Assembly (NCBI GenBank): GCA_000165425.1
Contig: CT867985.1
Coordinates: 558,001 to 622,000 of the forward strand
Direction of reading: 5' to 3'
From: Paramecium tetraurelia
Taxonomy: Eukaryota
DNA length: 64,000 nucleotides
The position numbers and the translations under genes were made by a program. This document shows positions 30,003-45,217 of the stretch, piece after piece (position 1 is the stretch's first letter; the number at the start of each line of letters is the position of its first letter). The notes beneath the pieces are model-generated. The model worked only from the letters and a program-made list of their open reading frames with translations, searched no databases and had not been told where the DNA came from.

Positions 30003-30346
30003 TTCTATATAATTCGATTTAATTTTAATTTATTAATGCAAAATAACATTATTCTACAAATATTTGGTTTAAATTAGAGTTCTCCTATAATTAACTCATC
30101 CACTCTGTTATCATCATCATTATAAATGTGAGTTTTGCAGAGAATGAATTATATTTTATAGACCTAACAATTAAACTCAACATATAGAAATTAATTACAT
30201 TTTGAGATTAACTAAGTTAATAAAGTTAAGTTCAGCAATATTTCGGCGTTACATATTATTCCTTATTTTGAAAGCATCAAAATTTGTTTCACTAAATTTG
30301 ATAAATAAAGTTATTTAACTACTTAAAATAATTTCAAATTAACACT

Positions 30347-30828
30347 ATGCTGCCCTTTGAAATGGAGCCATTCTTTCCTGTTTTAATTGAAAACAAATCC
30401 TTATTCAGAAAGATTAAGAGAAGGCATCATTCAACTTAACCCATCGAACGCAAATCTTAATAACCAATTGAATCCTTTTATGAAAGATCTTTTGTAATAT
30501 AGAGAAAAGAATTATAATGTCGCACCTTAGAACCAAAAAAATAGATTTCAATTTAGTAGCCAAAAACTTCAATGAGTGGTAGAGAAAACATTAATGACGA
30601 AATGAGTTTTGAAAAATTGATTCAAACATTTTTATAAGTAAATTCTTTCAATCCTTCAAAATAATCAACAATAAATAAAAAAGCCTTTAAGTTAATATCT
30701 CAAAATAAAGAAATTCAAATTCTTGAAGAAGAACATAAATGTATTTCAATTTTTAAACCTAACTAGCTCTTTAATCAAGATTTTTTAAAGAAATCCATTC
30801 ATATGTAAACAACTGTAGGAAATTTTGA
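30347..30828 (+). CDS. Hypothetical protein
   Basis: Open in code 6 from ATG 30347 with one 26-nt intron (30741-30766) to TGA 30826-30828; no recognisable domain. Confidence 0.6.
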
Positions 30829-31147
30829 TATTTAATTAAACTATTTTATAATTTGTATTCCCTTCATTATTCTAAAAAATCAATTATTCCAACAATTTCT
30901 TATGCCATAAAACAACGAAGGTTACAAAAAATGTGGTGTTAATAAAATTAACTTTATCAATTTAACTAATTTAATTATTAAACTATTATAGGATACATTC
31001 AATAAATCTCCATTTATTTATTTCTTAAAAGTAGAATATTGTACATGATTTATTTTCTAATTCTAATTCAAGTAATCATGAAACTTGTGTTATATATCTT
31101 TGATACTACACATTTTGGATTTAAAAACAAAACAATTTATTTTATTT

Positions 31148-32362
31148 ATGTAATTGACAAAAGAAAATATTGAATTTTACATTCAGAGAAGAAAATAGTA
31201 TTGCCAAGACTTCTTAAAGTTAACCAACCAGTTCAAACCGAAATTAGCGCTATTACAAAAAAGATTGATAGCTACAAAGTAGGGCATAGATGGCCCTATT
31301 AAATCAGTTTCTCATTAACATAAGATCAAAAAAGTCAATAAGGTGTTGGCTTCTCTCTCAAAATCAGAAGAAGTTCAAAATAAAATTGATAAAGAAATGG
31401 TTAGGCGTTAGTGTCAGTACAAATTAGATGAGGTTCCTAATTGCAAGTATAGAATAATGCAAATTTAGTTTCAATTACTCTTAAACTTGTAATAAGATAC
31501 AATAAGCTATGATACCCTTGATTCAAAATCTTTAAGTATAGATTAAAGATAAGGAGGATTAGATTTAGGGCGATTCAGACTGTTCTGATTTGTATATAAA
31601 AGTATATTAATAAACTTTATTAAGAGAGATGAGTTCCATCAAATGAAGCATAAATCGAAGAGATTACAATAAATTATAGAGAAATTATAGGTAATGGAGG
31701 TACAATAGGAAGAAAAGGTTTATAGAGAAAGTATCAGAAAATTGGAAAAGTTTGATAAAGAATTTGATTATGATGAAACGCTACCTTATTAGGCATTAAT
31801 ATCAAAAAGGAGATTAGAAGCAAAGGTGTTAATGGATGAAGAAAAAAGATAGAGAAGGTTAGTTGAGAGTGAAAGAGTTAGAGAAAATGTTGAAGAATAG
31901 AAATAAAAATATCATTTATTAGATAATAAAATAAAAATCCATTATAGAAAGATTGGAATATCAAAGGGAAAATTAGAGAGTGTAAGTGATTTTCAATAAA
32001 ATACAAATGATCACAAATCAATACCATAACTTAATGGAGATTCTCTAAAGTCTGCAATAAAACAGTAATTAAAAAGTATTTTAAATGCAGATAAACGGTT
32101 TTCGTTAACATTATTCTCAACATAATTGAACTCCTCAAATATCCCGTATTATATTAATTTATGATTAAGCCCCATTGGTGATGGTTTAACAGCCTCTATT
32201 GCAAGCAATATTACTAACAAACAAAAAACTGTAATAAGTGATTTTGGAAAGAAAACCTCGAAAAGATTTAACAAAGTAGAGAGACGGTATCATACTTTAG
32301 GGTAATAATTGGAGAATGGATCAAATTTTGATTTTTAAGATAATAAATTAATCTTATTATGA
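31148..32362 (+). CDS. Hypothetical coiled-coil protein
   Basis: Open in code 6 with three tiny introns (22 nt at ~31447, 23 nt at ~31602, 24 nt at 32146-32169); TGA at 32360-32362. Confidence 0.65.
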
Positions 32363-33889
32363 TCAAGATTATTTAATTTGACACTTGAGACAATTGACTG
32401 ATTGATTTGTAGGAAAAAGTACTAAGTAGATTTCTAAGCAATTCATACAATATCTATAACTTGGGTTTGAGATTCTAGGTGGGTGAAATTGATAACCATG
32501 ACATTGTGTGCAAGGATAAGCTTTGTTACAACAAGAGAAAATTGGAATGGTATTGCAAGGTAATCTGTGAGGACAATCTTAAGTGTATAGAATATGTGGA
32601 AATGTTCTTAACTGTTTCTCTCTTTCAAATTGTTTTTCATTCTTCTTTTGCTCTTCCTTTACTTTAATTTATTCAAGTTCCCTTTACTGTTACTCTTTTT
32701 TCTTTTGAATTAATTGTTATTTTTAAATTTGTGACTATCTTTTGACTTCCTCTTATTTTTGAACTTCAACCTTTTTTTCTTCCTCTTAAACTTCATTCAT
32801 TATTATTTAAAAGGGTCGAAATTGTTCGAGATACTTTTCCTGTTTTTATGCTAAAATCTAGAGTTTTTGTTAAGCATATTCTTTCCTTTATTTTGAATCA
32901 ATAATTTAGATTTTGTTATTGTCTCCTAAAGCAGTGCTTAATTCAAATTATAATTGTTCTCTGAAATCATTCCAAGATTATTGAACTTAATCAACTTTTG
33001 TTGTCAGATACTTTTCAGTTTCATCAATAATGTATTCAACTTCAGATAGATGTTTACCTTATATGAAACTTAAACTTTCTTTGAGTTCTTCTTAGGTCAT
33101 ATCAAATATATTTTTGTTGCTTAAGTAGTTTACTCTATTTTGAAGATCTCTTTCTAAAGGTTACCATGATAATGCTTCATCAATTGATTTAATTACATTT
33201 TCTTCTATTTACTATAATCTTTCTTAGACAGTTATTCTCAATTTTGCAAAAAATGTTCTTACTTAAGTAATTTTATCAGGAACTCTCATAATTTAATTGC
33301 AAAGGTTGTCAAACTAGGTTATAATGGTATATTGAATTTACTTAATGTCTTCTGTCATCGAATATTTTGCAAAATGTTTAGATCTCCATATTTTGAGATG
33401 CATGATTACCATGTTATTCAATTTAACAATAAGAGCAACCTAACCTATTATCTGCCTCACAATTTGGATATTGACAAATGAAGACCATCTTATTCTTCTC
33501 ATGAGAACTTTTGGTGCAAATAGCTTCCAAATTCAATCCTAACATTTTAATGATCGATCGTTCATGCATAGATTGAAGTTGTTATTTCGATATGATTTAA
33601 GAGGGTCTCTTTTACAAAGTTCTAGTTGGGGAGGGAGGATGCTGAAATGTTTTAGAGCTATTTATTAACGTAGATCTCACCTAACTGACTAACAATGACC
33701 GACGGGACTACTAGAACTATGAAATGATTATTATTAGGATTTCGACATTTCTAACTGTAGTTGGCTACCAGTCATCTGGTCTTGGGTTTAATTTGCTATC
33801 TTTTTAGGACTCGATGAATTTTACGAATTCAATGAGCTTCTCCTTAGATATTACGGTGTTTTAGCATATTTAAGTTAGGATTTTTGCAT
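32363..33889 (-). CDS. Protein with B-box-like Zn finger, coiled coil and C-terminal CHY-type zinc finger
   Basis: ICTKSSH...FICQYPNC...GCSYCQIEQHGNH after a 23-nt intron; C-terminal CPH...FSCCNKAYPCTQCH...H...YCMNC...NCLKC followed by TGA. Confidence 0.7.
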
Positions 33890-33916
33890 ATTAATTTAAT
33901 TTGCGGTCGATTTGAG
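33890..33916. promoter_or_regulatory. 27-bp spacer between divergent start codons (CHY-finger gene / CLU1)
   Basis: CAT at 33887-33889 and ATG at 33917-33919; spacer contains an unusual GC-rich core TTGCGGTCGA. Confidence 0.45.
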
Positions 33917-36900
33917 ATGAAACAAACAAAAGAAGAAAGTGTAAAATTGTATTTAGACTTCTATGACAAATATACTTGGCCACTAGAGATAGCTGAAACT
34001 TTGCTAGAAGTCAGACAATATCTTACAGAATCCACAATATTGTCCCTCTTTCAAAATTTCTACTTTTCTCATAAAGGATAGCGAATCAATGAGTACAGTG
34101 AGTTTTCCATTCCCGACGGAGGAAAGTTGCAAGTGTTATTAGGTACAGGTTTCAATAATCATATAGATGAGTTTAATGAAAGAACAGCTAGATTTCATTT
34201 AAGAAGAGTCTAAGAAATAATTGCCAATCTATCACATTATCAATATCTTTGCAAAGGCAAAATTTCGAATGAAGATTCATTATCACTAAAAGAAATAGGG
34301 GATTTGTAATTAAACGATATCCTCCAACCAGCTATCAAACCAACCTTACTCTTAAATGATGACAATAAGGCTATTAAATAGAACGTGTAATAGTTGGGGT
34401 TGTCATCTTTCAATCCCCCTCCTCTTTCGCGAAAATTAAAGGGTATTGGACACAACAATAATTAGGTGATCTCTTTTATATCGTCCTTAAAACCATTGAG
34501 TCAGTTGAACTGATAATAACAGCCTCGAATTTAGGTTTCTATGTCAATAGCTCTTAAGGGAGAACGTTTGAGTCAACTCAAAAAAGTGATTGCTACTACA
34601 ATCTGATAGATTTGATTGTGGATCACAGTCCCTCATTTAAGTAAACTGATCCATTTACATAATATTAGAAAGGAATTAATTAATGCGATCCCAGAGTAAT
34701 AACAACCTGCATTACCAGCTACTATAAAATATAATCATAAGTGGTTGTCAGTGCCTGAAGTTCCTTTGACATTGGATCATTAAAGAAGTGAGAGTTGGGC
34801 ATTGGATTTACATGGATTTGATGTTTCTAGTTTGAGAGATTGGAATGAAGAATTGTCAAGTCTTTCGTTCATTGCCCAAAATTGATTTAATTCAAAAATT
34901 GAATAGAGACAAAGCATTATCAAAGGTCTATGGAGACTTTGTTGAAGCTGCAGTTAGAGGAGCTTGTGCTGTTGTCGATAAAATTATCTAGCCTTTAAAT
35001 CCCATGGATGTCGAATGCTAATAGGTTTACGTTTACAATCAGATATTCTTTAGTTTTGCTATGGAAACACCAGAAGATTTTAGAGTATTTAAAATTATAT
35101 AAATTAAAGTAAGAAAGTGGTCCTGATGCTACACCAACAGTCTCAACAACTAATTGCGATTTTAGAAATTTGTAGATTCTCCATAAATTAGACATTCCTG
35201 GATTAAGTGTTTTGAATACTTGTTTAGTTGATTATAAAGGGAGAAGAGTTATTGCATAGTCCATTATACCAGGAATACTCAATAGTGATCATAGCAATTG
35301 CACTTAGTATGGTTCAATTGATGATGGAAAGACCATTCAAAAATCTGAAGAGTTTCACAAAGTCATGTCAAAAACATGTGAATTCTTCCATCTTGATACT
35401 GATATTGTATTTCTTGACAGCAACCAACAAAAGTATTCCATGGCTGGAAGCATAGAAGTCAAAGGTATCATGGGATCAGATAAAAGAATGTATTTGCTCG
35501 ATCTTTTAAGACTTTCTCCAAGAGACTATAATTATTAAGGAGAAAACAATTAATGTTGTGTTTTGAGATATGAATTACTTCAAAATTATTGGGTTGTTAA
35601 TACTATTTAAAAAATTAAACAAAATAATAGTGATGACCCTAAAACATAATAGGAAGCATATTAAAATATTTAAAATCTATTGATTGGCAATCCTAAGGAA
35701 GGATTAAAGTTGAACCCAGCTTTGGGCACTAAGACCGCATTATAAACCTCAGAGAAATTAACATAATAGGAGGAGGATTTAAAAAAATTGGCTACATTTT
35801 TATTAAATTAAGCAATTCCTCAACTGATTTAAGAATTATCATAACCAGAAACATCAAGACACTCAGATCTAAGCATCTCAGACATTTTCCATTCTCATGG
35901 AGTCAATATGAGATATCTTGGAAAAGTAATCAGTTTTATTCGTTCTGAAGAATAACCCTCTTTAAGACTTACTCTGGAAAGAGTTGTCTTTGCTAAGACA
36001 TTAAAACACATTTTTAGAGAATCCATGAGATAGGCACCTCAAAATTAATTATCTTAAATCTTGAGTCATCTTTTAAATGTAATATTCTCTAATTCCAATC
36101 CTTCAGTTAATAATAATAAATAAGAGGAGAAGAAGAAAAAGAAGAAGAACAAAAATAAAAGTACTCAAAATGGTGATAAACCTCACTTTCGATGTTTAAT
36201 TTAAGCCAACAATTATCAATATCCCACATACTAAGAGGTTTGGGATTAAATCAATAAGATTGCAGAAGCCAGATATTAACATAAAATAGATTCATCTATA
36301 TTGAATAAGAAAGGGTTCCATAAATTATCCTGTTTAAGAGAGCTATGTTAATAAATAGGATTACAATTGGTAGCTCGAGACTACCATGATTTCTAACCTT
36401 CTGATATAGTAGGAATCCAGCCAATTATCAAATTTATAGAGTAAGTATCAGAGGATGCTAAAAATAATATAGAAATTGGTCAAAAGTATATGCTTGAACA
36501 TTAAAATCTTCATCAAGCTTTAGAATCTTATCTTACTGCATCACAAATAATATTAAATTTACATGGTTAGATGCATAAAGAATTGGCAAATTGCTATTCC
36601 AAGATTTCAGCAGTCTATTTGAGAAAATAGGAATATGATGCAGCCATACACTTCTAAAAGCAAGCCATTTAGATTTATACTGCAATCTACGGTTATGATC
36701 ACCCTTTAACAATATAAGCTATAACAGCTTTGTCATTATATTACTTTTCGACCAAAAGTTATAAGGAAGCTTTCAATCATATGCTGCATACTTTATATCT
36801 TGCCAATTTAATTGGAGGGGAAGGCTAAGAAGTATTTAATCAATATACAAATTTGTCATTGCTTTATTCAGAAAGTGGTTAGCATTAGAGTGCTTTGAAC

Positions 36901-37501
36901 TGCTTATTTGAAGGACTGGAGAAGTGTGAATCATTGTTTAAGTCTTTCTCAGGGACAGAGACCTAATAGTACAAATTGAGAATATCTGGATATTATTCAG
37001 CGATTGCTTTGGAACATGGTGAAATTGGAGACTTCTAAAAGGCAGTTGAATTCTAAGAAAGAGCATCTGATCTATTAAAGAGAGTAATATAATGTATTAA
37101 AATTAGACTCTCAAGCCTGAAGACACAAGAGTCAAGGAAGCAGATGCTTTATTAGCCAACTTAAAAAAGGCTTTGAATGAAAAAAGAAAAGACACTCAAT
37201 AATCAAATTTAGGTATTCTAATTTTTCTATAAATCATAGATAGCAGAAGATAATTTGGTACCAATCGCAATTAGTAATTAAAAACAGAATAGTAAACCTA
37301 ACAAATATCAGAGGAAACATATGTAGAAACTGATAAGGTAAAAATAAGTTTTATTTTTCATAGGAAAGAGAGGCTTTATTGTAAAAATTAAGAGCAGCCA
37401 AATAGAGTATGAAATTCAAGAATAAAAACCAAATGGATATAAATCGATATATTCTTGCTTAATAACTTTATAGACAATAGCAACAATAGCAGAAAGAGTG
37501 A
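33917..37501 (+). CDS. CLU1: Clustered mitochondria protein (CLU/Clueless/TIF31), one apparent +1 frameshift
   Basis: SSFNPPPLSRKLKGDLFYI, RDWNEE, DFVEAAVRGA, VDYKGRRVIAQSIIPGI, KGIMGSDKRMYLLDL, HSHGVNMRYLG and C-terminal TPRs; frame shifts at ~34856. Confidence 0.92.
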
Positions 37502-37579
37502 AAGATAACTGTGATTATTATGTATTTTGTTTAATATTGTTTATTAATTGTAATCACTAATACTGTTGGATTTGTTATT

Positions 37580-38638
37580 ATGCAAATTATTCTAATGTGA
37601 AAACTTAACTTACATTTGCTAATTTAATAAAAATAGTAAATTAAATTGACGAGTCTAAATTAATATTTATAACCCTGATCTTTAATTAGAGAATGTTAAC
37701 CATTGATATCGTTTATGAAGGGCGATCCAACTTAATTTGGACATGAGCAATGCAAGATGAGTTAGATAGGTTATGATATTGTTAAGTCTGAGATCCCGAA
37801 GTCTTAGAATCACTCCTATTGCCATTCAACTGGTACTCAAGTGAGAAAATATTAATTATAATCAGAGAATAAATGGTAAATTGATTTAGAGGATTTGAAG
37901 AGCGAGTTAGATGAAAACACTAAGTTTTTTATATGTTATAAATCCTTCGAATCCTTGTGGATCAGTATTTTCAAAGGAACATGTTTAGGAAATTATAGAT
38001 TGGGCGAATTAGAATAGGGTTTTAATAGTTGCTGATGAAATTTACTATGGTATGTCATTTGGGGAATTTGTGTCATTCTGAGAATTGGCAGATAAGGGAC
38101 CCATAATACGTTTGGGAGAAATGGACAAGATGTTCTTTACACCTGTTTGGTAAATATCATGGATGATTTTTTATGATAAAAATCACTATGCTGTTGAAAT
38201 CAAATAGGCAATGTACAATATATGTCAGTTTTTATTGTATGCCAATGTATTCGTAATTAATTCTCTACCTTAAATACTTGATTAATTGACAATATTTTAT
38301 GCTAGAGACAGAATGACGCATTTTAAGGAGAATCATGATTTTTTAATCTAAGAATTAGATCAAATTAGAGGTTTAAAATGCATTCCAGCTTAAGGAACAT
38401 TTTATTTAACTGTTCTTATTGATTTGGAGGTGTTTTAAGTTAAAAGTGATACAGAATTTGCCAAGAAGTTACTTGGGGAGGAAAACATAATTTTGTTACC
38501 CTTGTCTTGGAATGGCACTGAGAAGTATCAAGGGTTTAGGTAATGATTCTCATAATTAAAAGAATGCTGACGATAGCAACTAAGGATGTGTATGTAGAGA
38601 TGATTGGAAGATTGAAGGAGTTTGTAAAAAGATTGTGA
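37580..38638 (+). pseudogene. Tyrosine aminotransferase-like (class I PLP) pseudogene
   Basis: KGDPTQFG, YCHSTGT, INPSNPCGSVFSKEH, IVADEIY and PAQGTFYL present. Disabled by an in-frame TGA at 38079-38081, a frameshift in the T-run near 37925, a missing internal block after ~37840 and an eroded PLP-lysine region (GEMDKMFFTPVWQISW). 5' boundary approximate. Confidence 0.8.
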
Positions 38639-38698
38639 TTTTATTTTCATTTATAAACAGGGTTGATAAATATTATCTTTTATTTAAATTTTTATTAA

Positions 38699-42272
<3,574 letters not shown>

Positions 42273-42317
42273 ATGATAAATCATAAATCAAATAAAATCA
42301 TATATATATTATTTGTA

Positions 42318-43749
42318 TCATTCCTCCACCTGCTACTAGAACTATTTTAATATTTGCACAATATTTATCAATGCTAAAATTAAATTATCCGCTGATCTAT
42401 CGTAGTAGAATAAGGCTGGCCATATAGGCAACGATAACAGCTACATAATCTATTCATTCCTTACATATATCTGCATGAGACGAGAGAATATCAGGTTCTC
42501 CTGATGGATATGCAAAGTTACCACCAACGTAACCACACTCAAAAGACATAATGTAGAATTAAAATTGCAAACATCATATTTGTATTGAAATAACTGATGT
42601 GTAATCAAAGGAGTGTAGCATACGAATAAGTCAAATACCTATTTCCCCACAAATACTTGGACAAAGAGTTTTATGTTAACATTCATTTCAGTGTCAACCA
42701 AAAATATCAACAATAACAATTTGTAATACCTAATTAATAAGTTGCTATACCATTGTTCTGCTATGAATAATCCCACTACCACCAATATATATCTTAAATA
42801 CATCACTTGTTTCTCCTACCTGAATTATAAGCAAAGCTATATAAACTGAACTTATAACAATATATGTGTATATATAAATTGCTGTTTAGGTTTCAAATGC
42901 ATATATCAGCAATGGAATATAAAAGAGCGTCAACTATTTTGTGCTAATAAAATAATTAATATGATGTACTTCTTATTTTAAGAATCAAAAATGTAAAAGC
43001 TTAAAAATATTATCAAATTATAAAGATTCCGTATTCGTAATCCAGATATGTGATGAAAATCTATTCAGTCAAAAAACAATAAGAATAGATCTTTTGGTCA
43101 TTTATGAAATTCGGCAATATTGGTACAGTTAACATTGCTCTTATATCTAATGTCAATGAACATAACATAAATTTGATTGAGGAAATGACTATCTTGAACA
43201 GAGTTGTATTATAATCTGATTTGTAATAATATTATTAGAAAGCAGTATTTAACAATTATGCAGTGTCTTTTGAATAGTTAACATTCTAGTACAATTATAT
43301 TTTGGTATTGCTATGTAACACAAAGTTATACAACCAATATGAAAATATTCATATTTTTTGAGGCTCTGTGCATTTTATTTGATGACATTTTGAATGTGAA
43401 TGCTATGTTGATTATCAATCTAAGCATTAAATGATCTTCTTGGAGGGGGAATCGGTTTCTTTGGTAATCTGATAATGATATCACTATTTATTTAATCTGT
43501 AAGAATCAAATAAGGAATGATTCCCGCACTCACCATATCGAAATTCATAATAGTTAGTACCATCTAAAACGGAACGATCATCCATAAACATCTCGGAAAT
43601 AATTGGCTGCTGCTAATGTATATGCACGCATATAGACTGATAAGGATTGTCATCATGCATAAGTAATAGATCACTCCAAAATCATAGGTGAATTGAGCAA
43701 ACATTCCCAAAAATATTTGCCCTGGTATTGCATATAATTGTATATACAT
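42318..43749 (-). CDS. Hypothetical multi-pass membrane protein; exon structure unresolved, may be degenerate
   Basis: Hydrophobic N-terminal ORF from ATG 43749 and a hydrophobic C-terminal frame ending QFQQQVEE-TGA (42318-42320). Internal frame changes not all explained by introns. Confidence 0.45.
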
Positions 43750-43761
43750 TATATTATTAAA

Positions 43762-44048
43762 TCACTTCTTCATTCGAATTTCAATGATCGATTAATCCTT
43801 CAAATTTTTGATATCATTTAAAGAGAAGAACTCTGGCATTATCTTCCCTTCGAAAATCAGGTCCTAATTTATTTTAATCCTAATTGCCATACAAAATCGT
43901 TTCTTCCACAGTCTATTTTTTCAGCCACACATTTCTTAGCCCATTCAACATCTTATCCAACCTTAAACTAACTTATTATGAAATTATAAGTTTTACCTCT
44001 AAATCGTAATAACTCTCCTCTAATTAAAATTTTAACTAGCTTACTCAT
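43762..44048 (-). CDS. Small ubiquitin-like-fold protein
   Basis: FKVGQDVEWAKKCVAEKIDC / 29-nt intron / DLIFEGKIMPEFFSLNDI...IIEIRMKK-TGA resembles the beta-grasp pattern (LIFxGKxL..LxD). 5' exon uncertain; no terminal GG. Confidence 0.5.
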
Positions 44049-44205
44049 ATATATATTACCTTTATACTCTAACCAGCAAATAAATCATTTTCTTATTCAA
44101 AAGTCATTACGTTTGCATTTTAAAAATTCAGATTGAAACCCTTCGACATTTTCTATATTTATTAATATCATAAAGTAATTCAAAAAAGAATGTTAACATT
44201 TAAAA

Positions 44206-44622
44206 TCAATCCTCTTTCCAACTATTAATCATTTACGACAAGAGTAGAGATTTCATTCCGATTAGAATCCTCTCCATCTTATCTAATACCGATTTTATCT
44301 CTTGGCAATTTTGTAATTACTTAAAGACAAACCCTTTGTTAGCTTATTAAATCGACTCATTTATAATCTATTCTAGCAACCCTTTAAGATGCAAGCCTAG
44401 TTCAAGAACTTATTTTTTCCCTTTGCTGTTCCTCCTTATTTTCTTCTTTCTCATTTATGATTCATTTTCTTTAAATTTACACCAATTTTTATGCTATGAA
44501 GATTTTAATAGTTGCTTAAGCTTTTTCTATTATAAGAAAATTCCATCTGCAGGTTTTAGATCTTCTATCCTCCCATGATCCTAGTCTTCCTCAACTTCAA
44601 ATATAAATTAGTAATTTTTCAT
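44206..44622 (-). pseudogene. Short coding-like remnant
   Basis: MKNYQFIFEVEED... needs a frame change near the A-run at ~44490 to join a second open segment that ends in TGA at ~44206. Confidence 0.3.
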
Positions 44623-45217
44623 CTTTAATTGAAACTTTATTTTTATTTGAAATTAGAATTCTTAATCTCTTATATTAATTATCCAAGATGCAAAAGTATA
44701 ATTAATACAAAATATTGTAATTCTAATAAAGTTATCTCTTTTTTAAAATCCAATAAAAAGATAGATAGCATTAATAGTCTTAAATTAATATTATTTGTTA
44801 ATCATAAAAAAATATCAAAAAACTATCAGTTTTTAATTTAATTATTATAGATACAAGAGTATGTGTTGGTTATGAAATAATGATTTAATAAATAATAAAA
44901 AGATATTTATTAAGTAGTTTTTTTCTAGATGCTCATTATTTTATTAGTAGTGATATGAGATCAAAATTATAGTATAATAATATATTATTTTCTATTTATT
45001 TCCTAAAGTTGAGTTTGATTCATTATTCTCTATTGATAATCTGATTTAAATAAATTTTATGAGTTCAATATTTTTATGATTTATTTATGATTTATTATCT
45101 ATTCGAAATGTATTTAGAGATAAAAATTCATTATATGATATGTTTAATCGTATTTATAATTTGATATTTTTGATTACTTCTTCATTATTATATTAATTAT
45201 TATTTTAACGAATATAA

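Noticed and set aside
38079..38081. In-frame TGA as selenocysteine
   Set aside because: The gene has other disabling lesions, the position is not catalytic, and I saw no SECIS-like hairpin in the short 3' spacer.
44630..45217. Very AT-rich 590-bp stretch as a retained IES or structural element
   Set aside because: No distinguishable IES end consensus, repeats or telomeric sequence; compatible with an ordinary divergent spacer.
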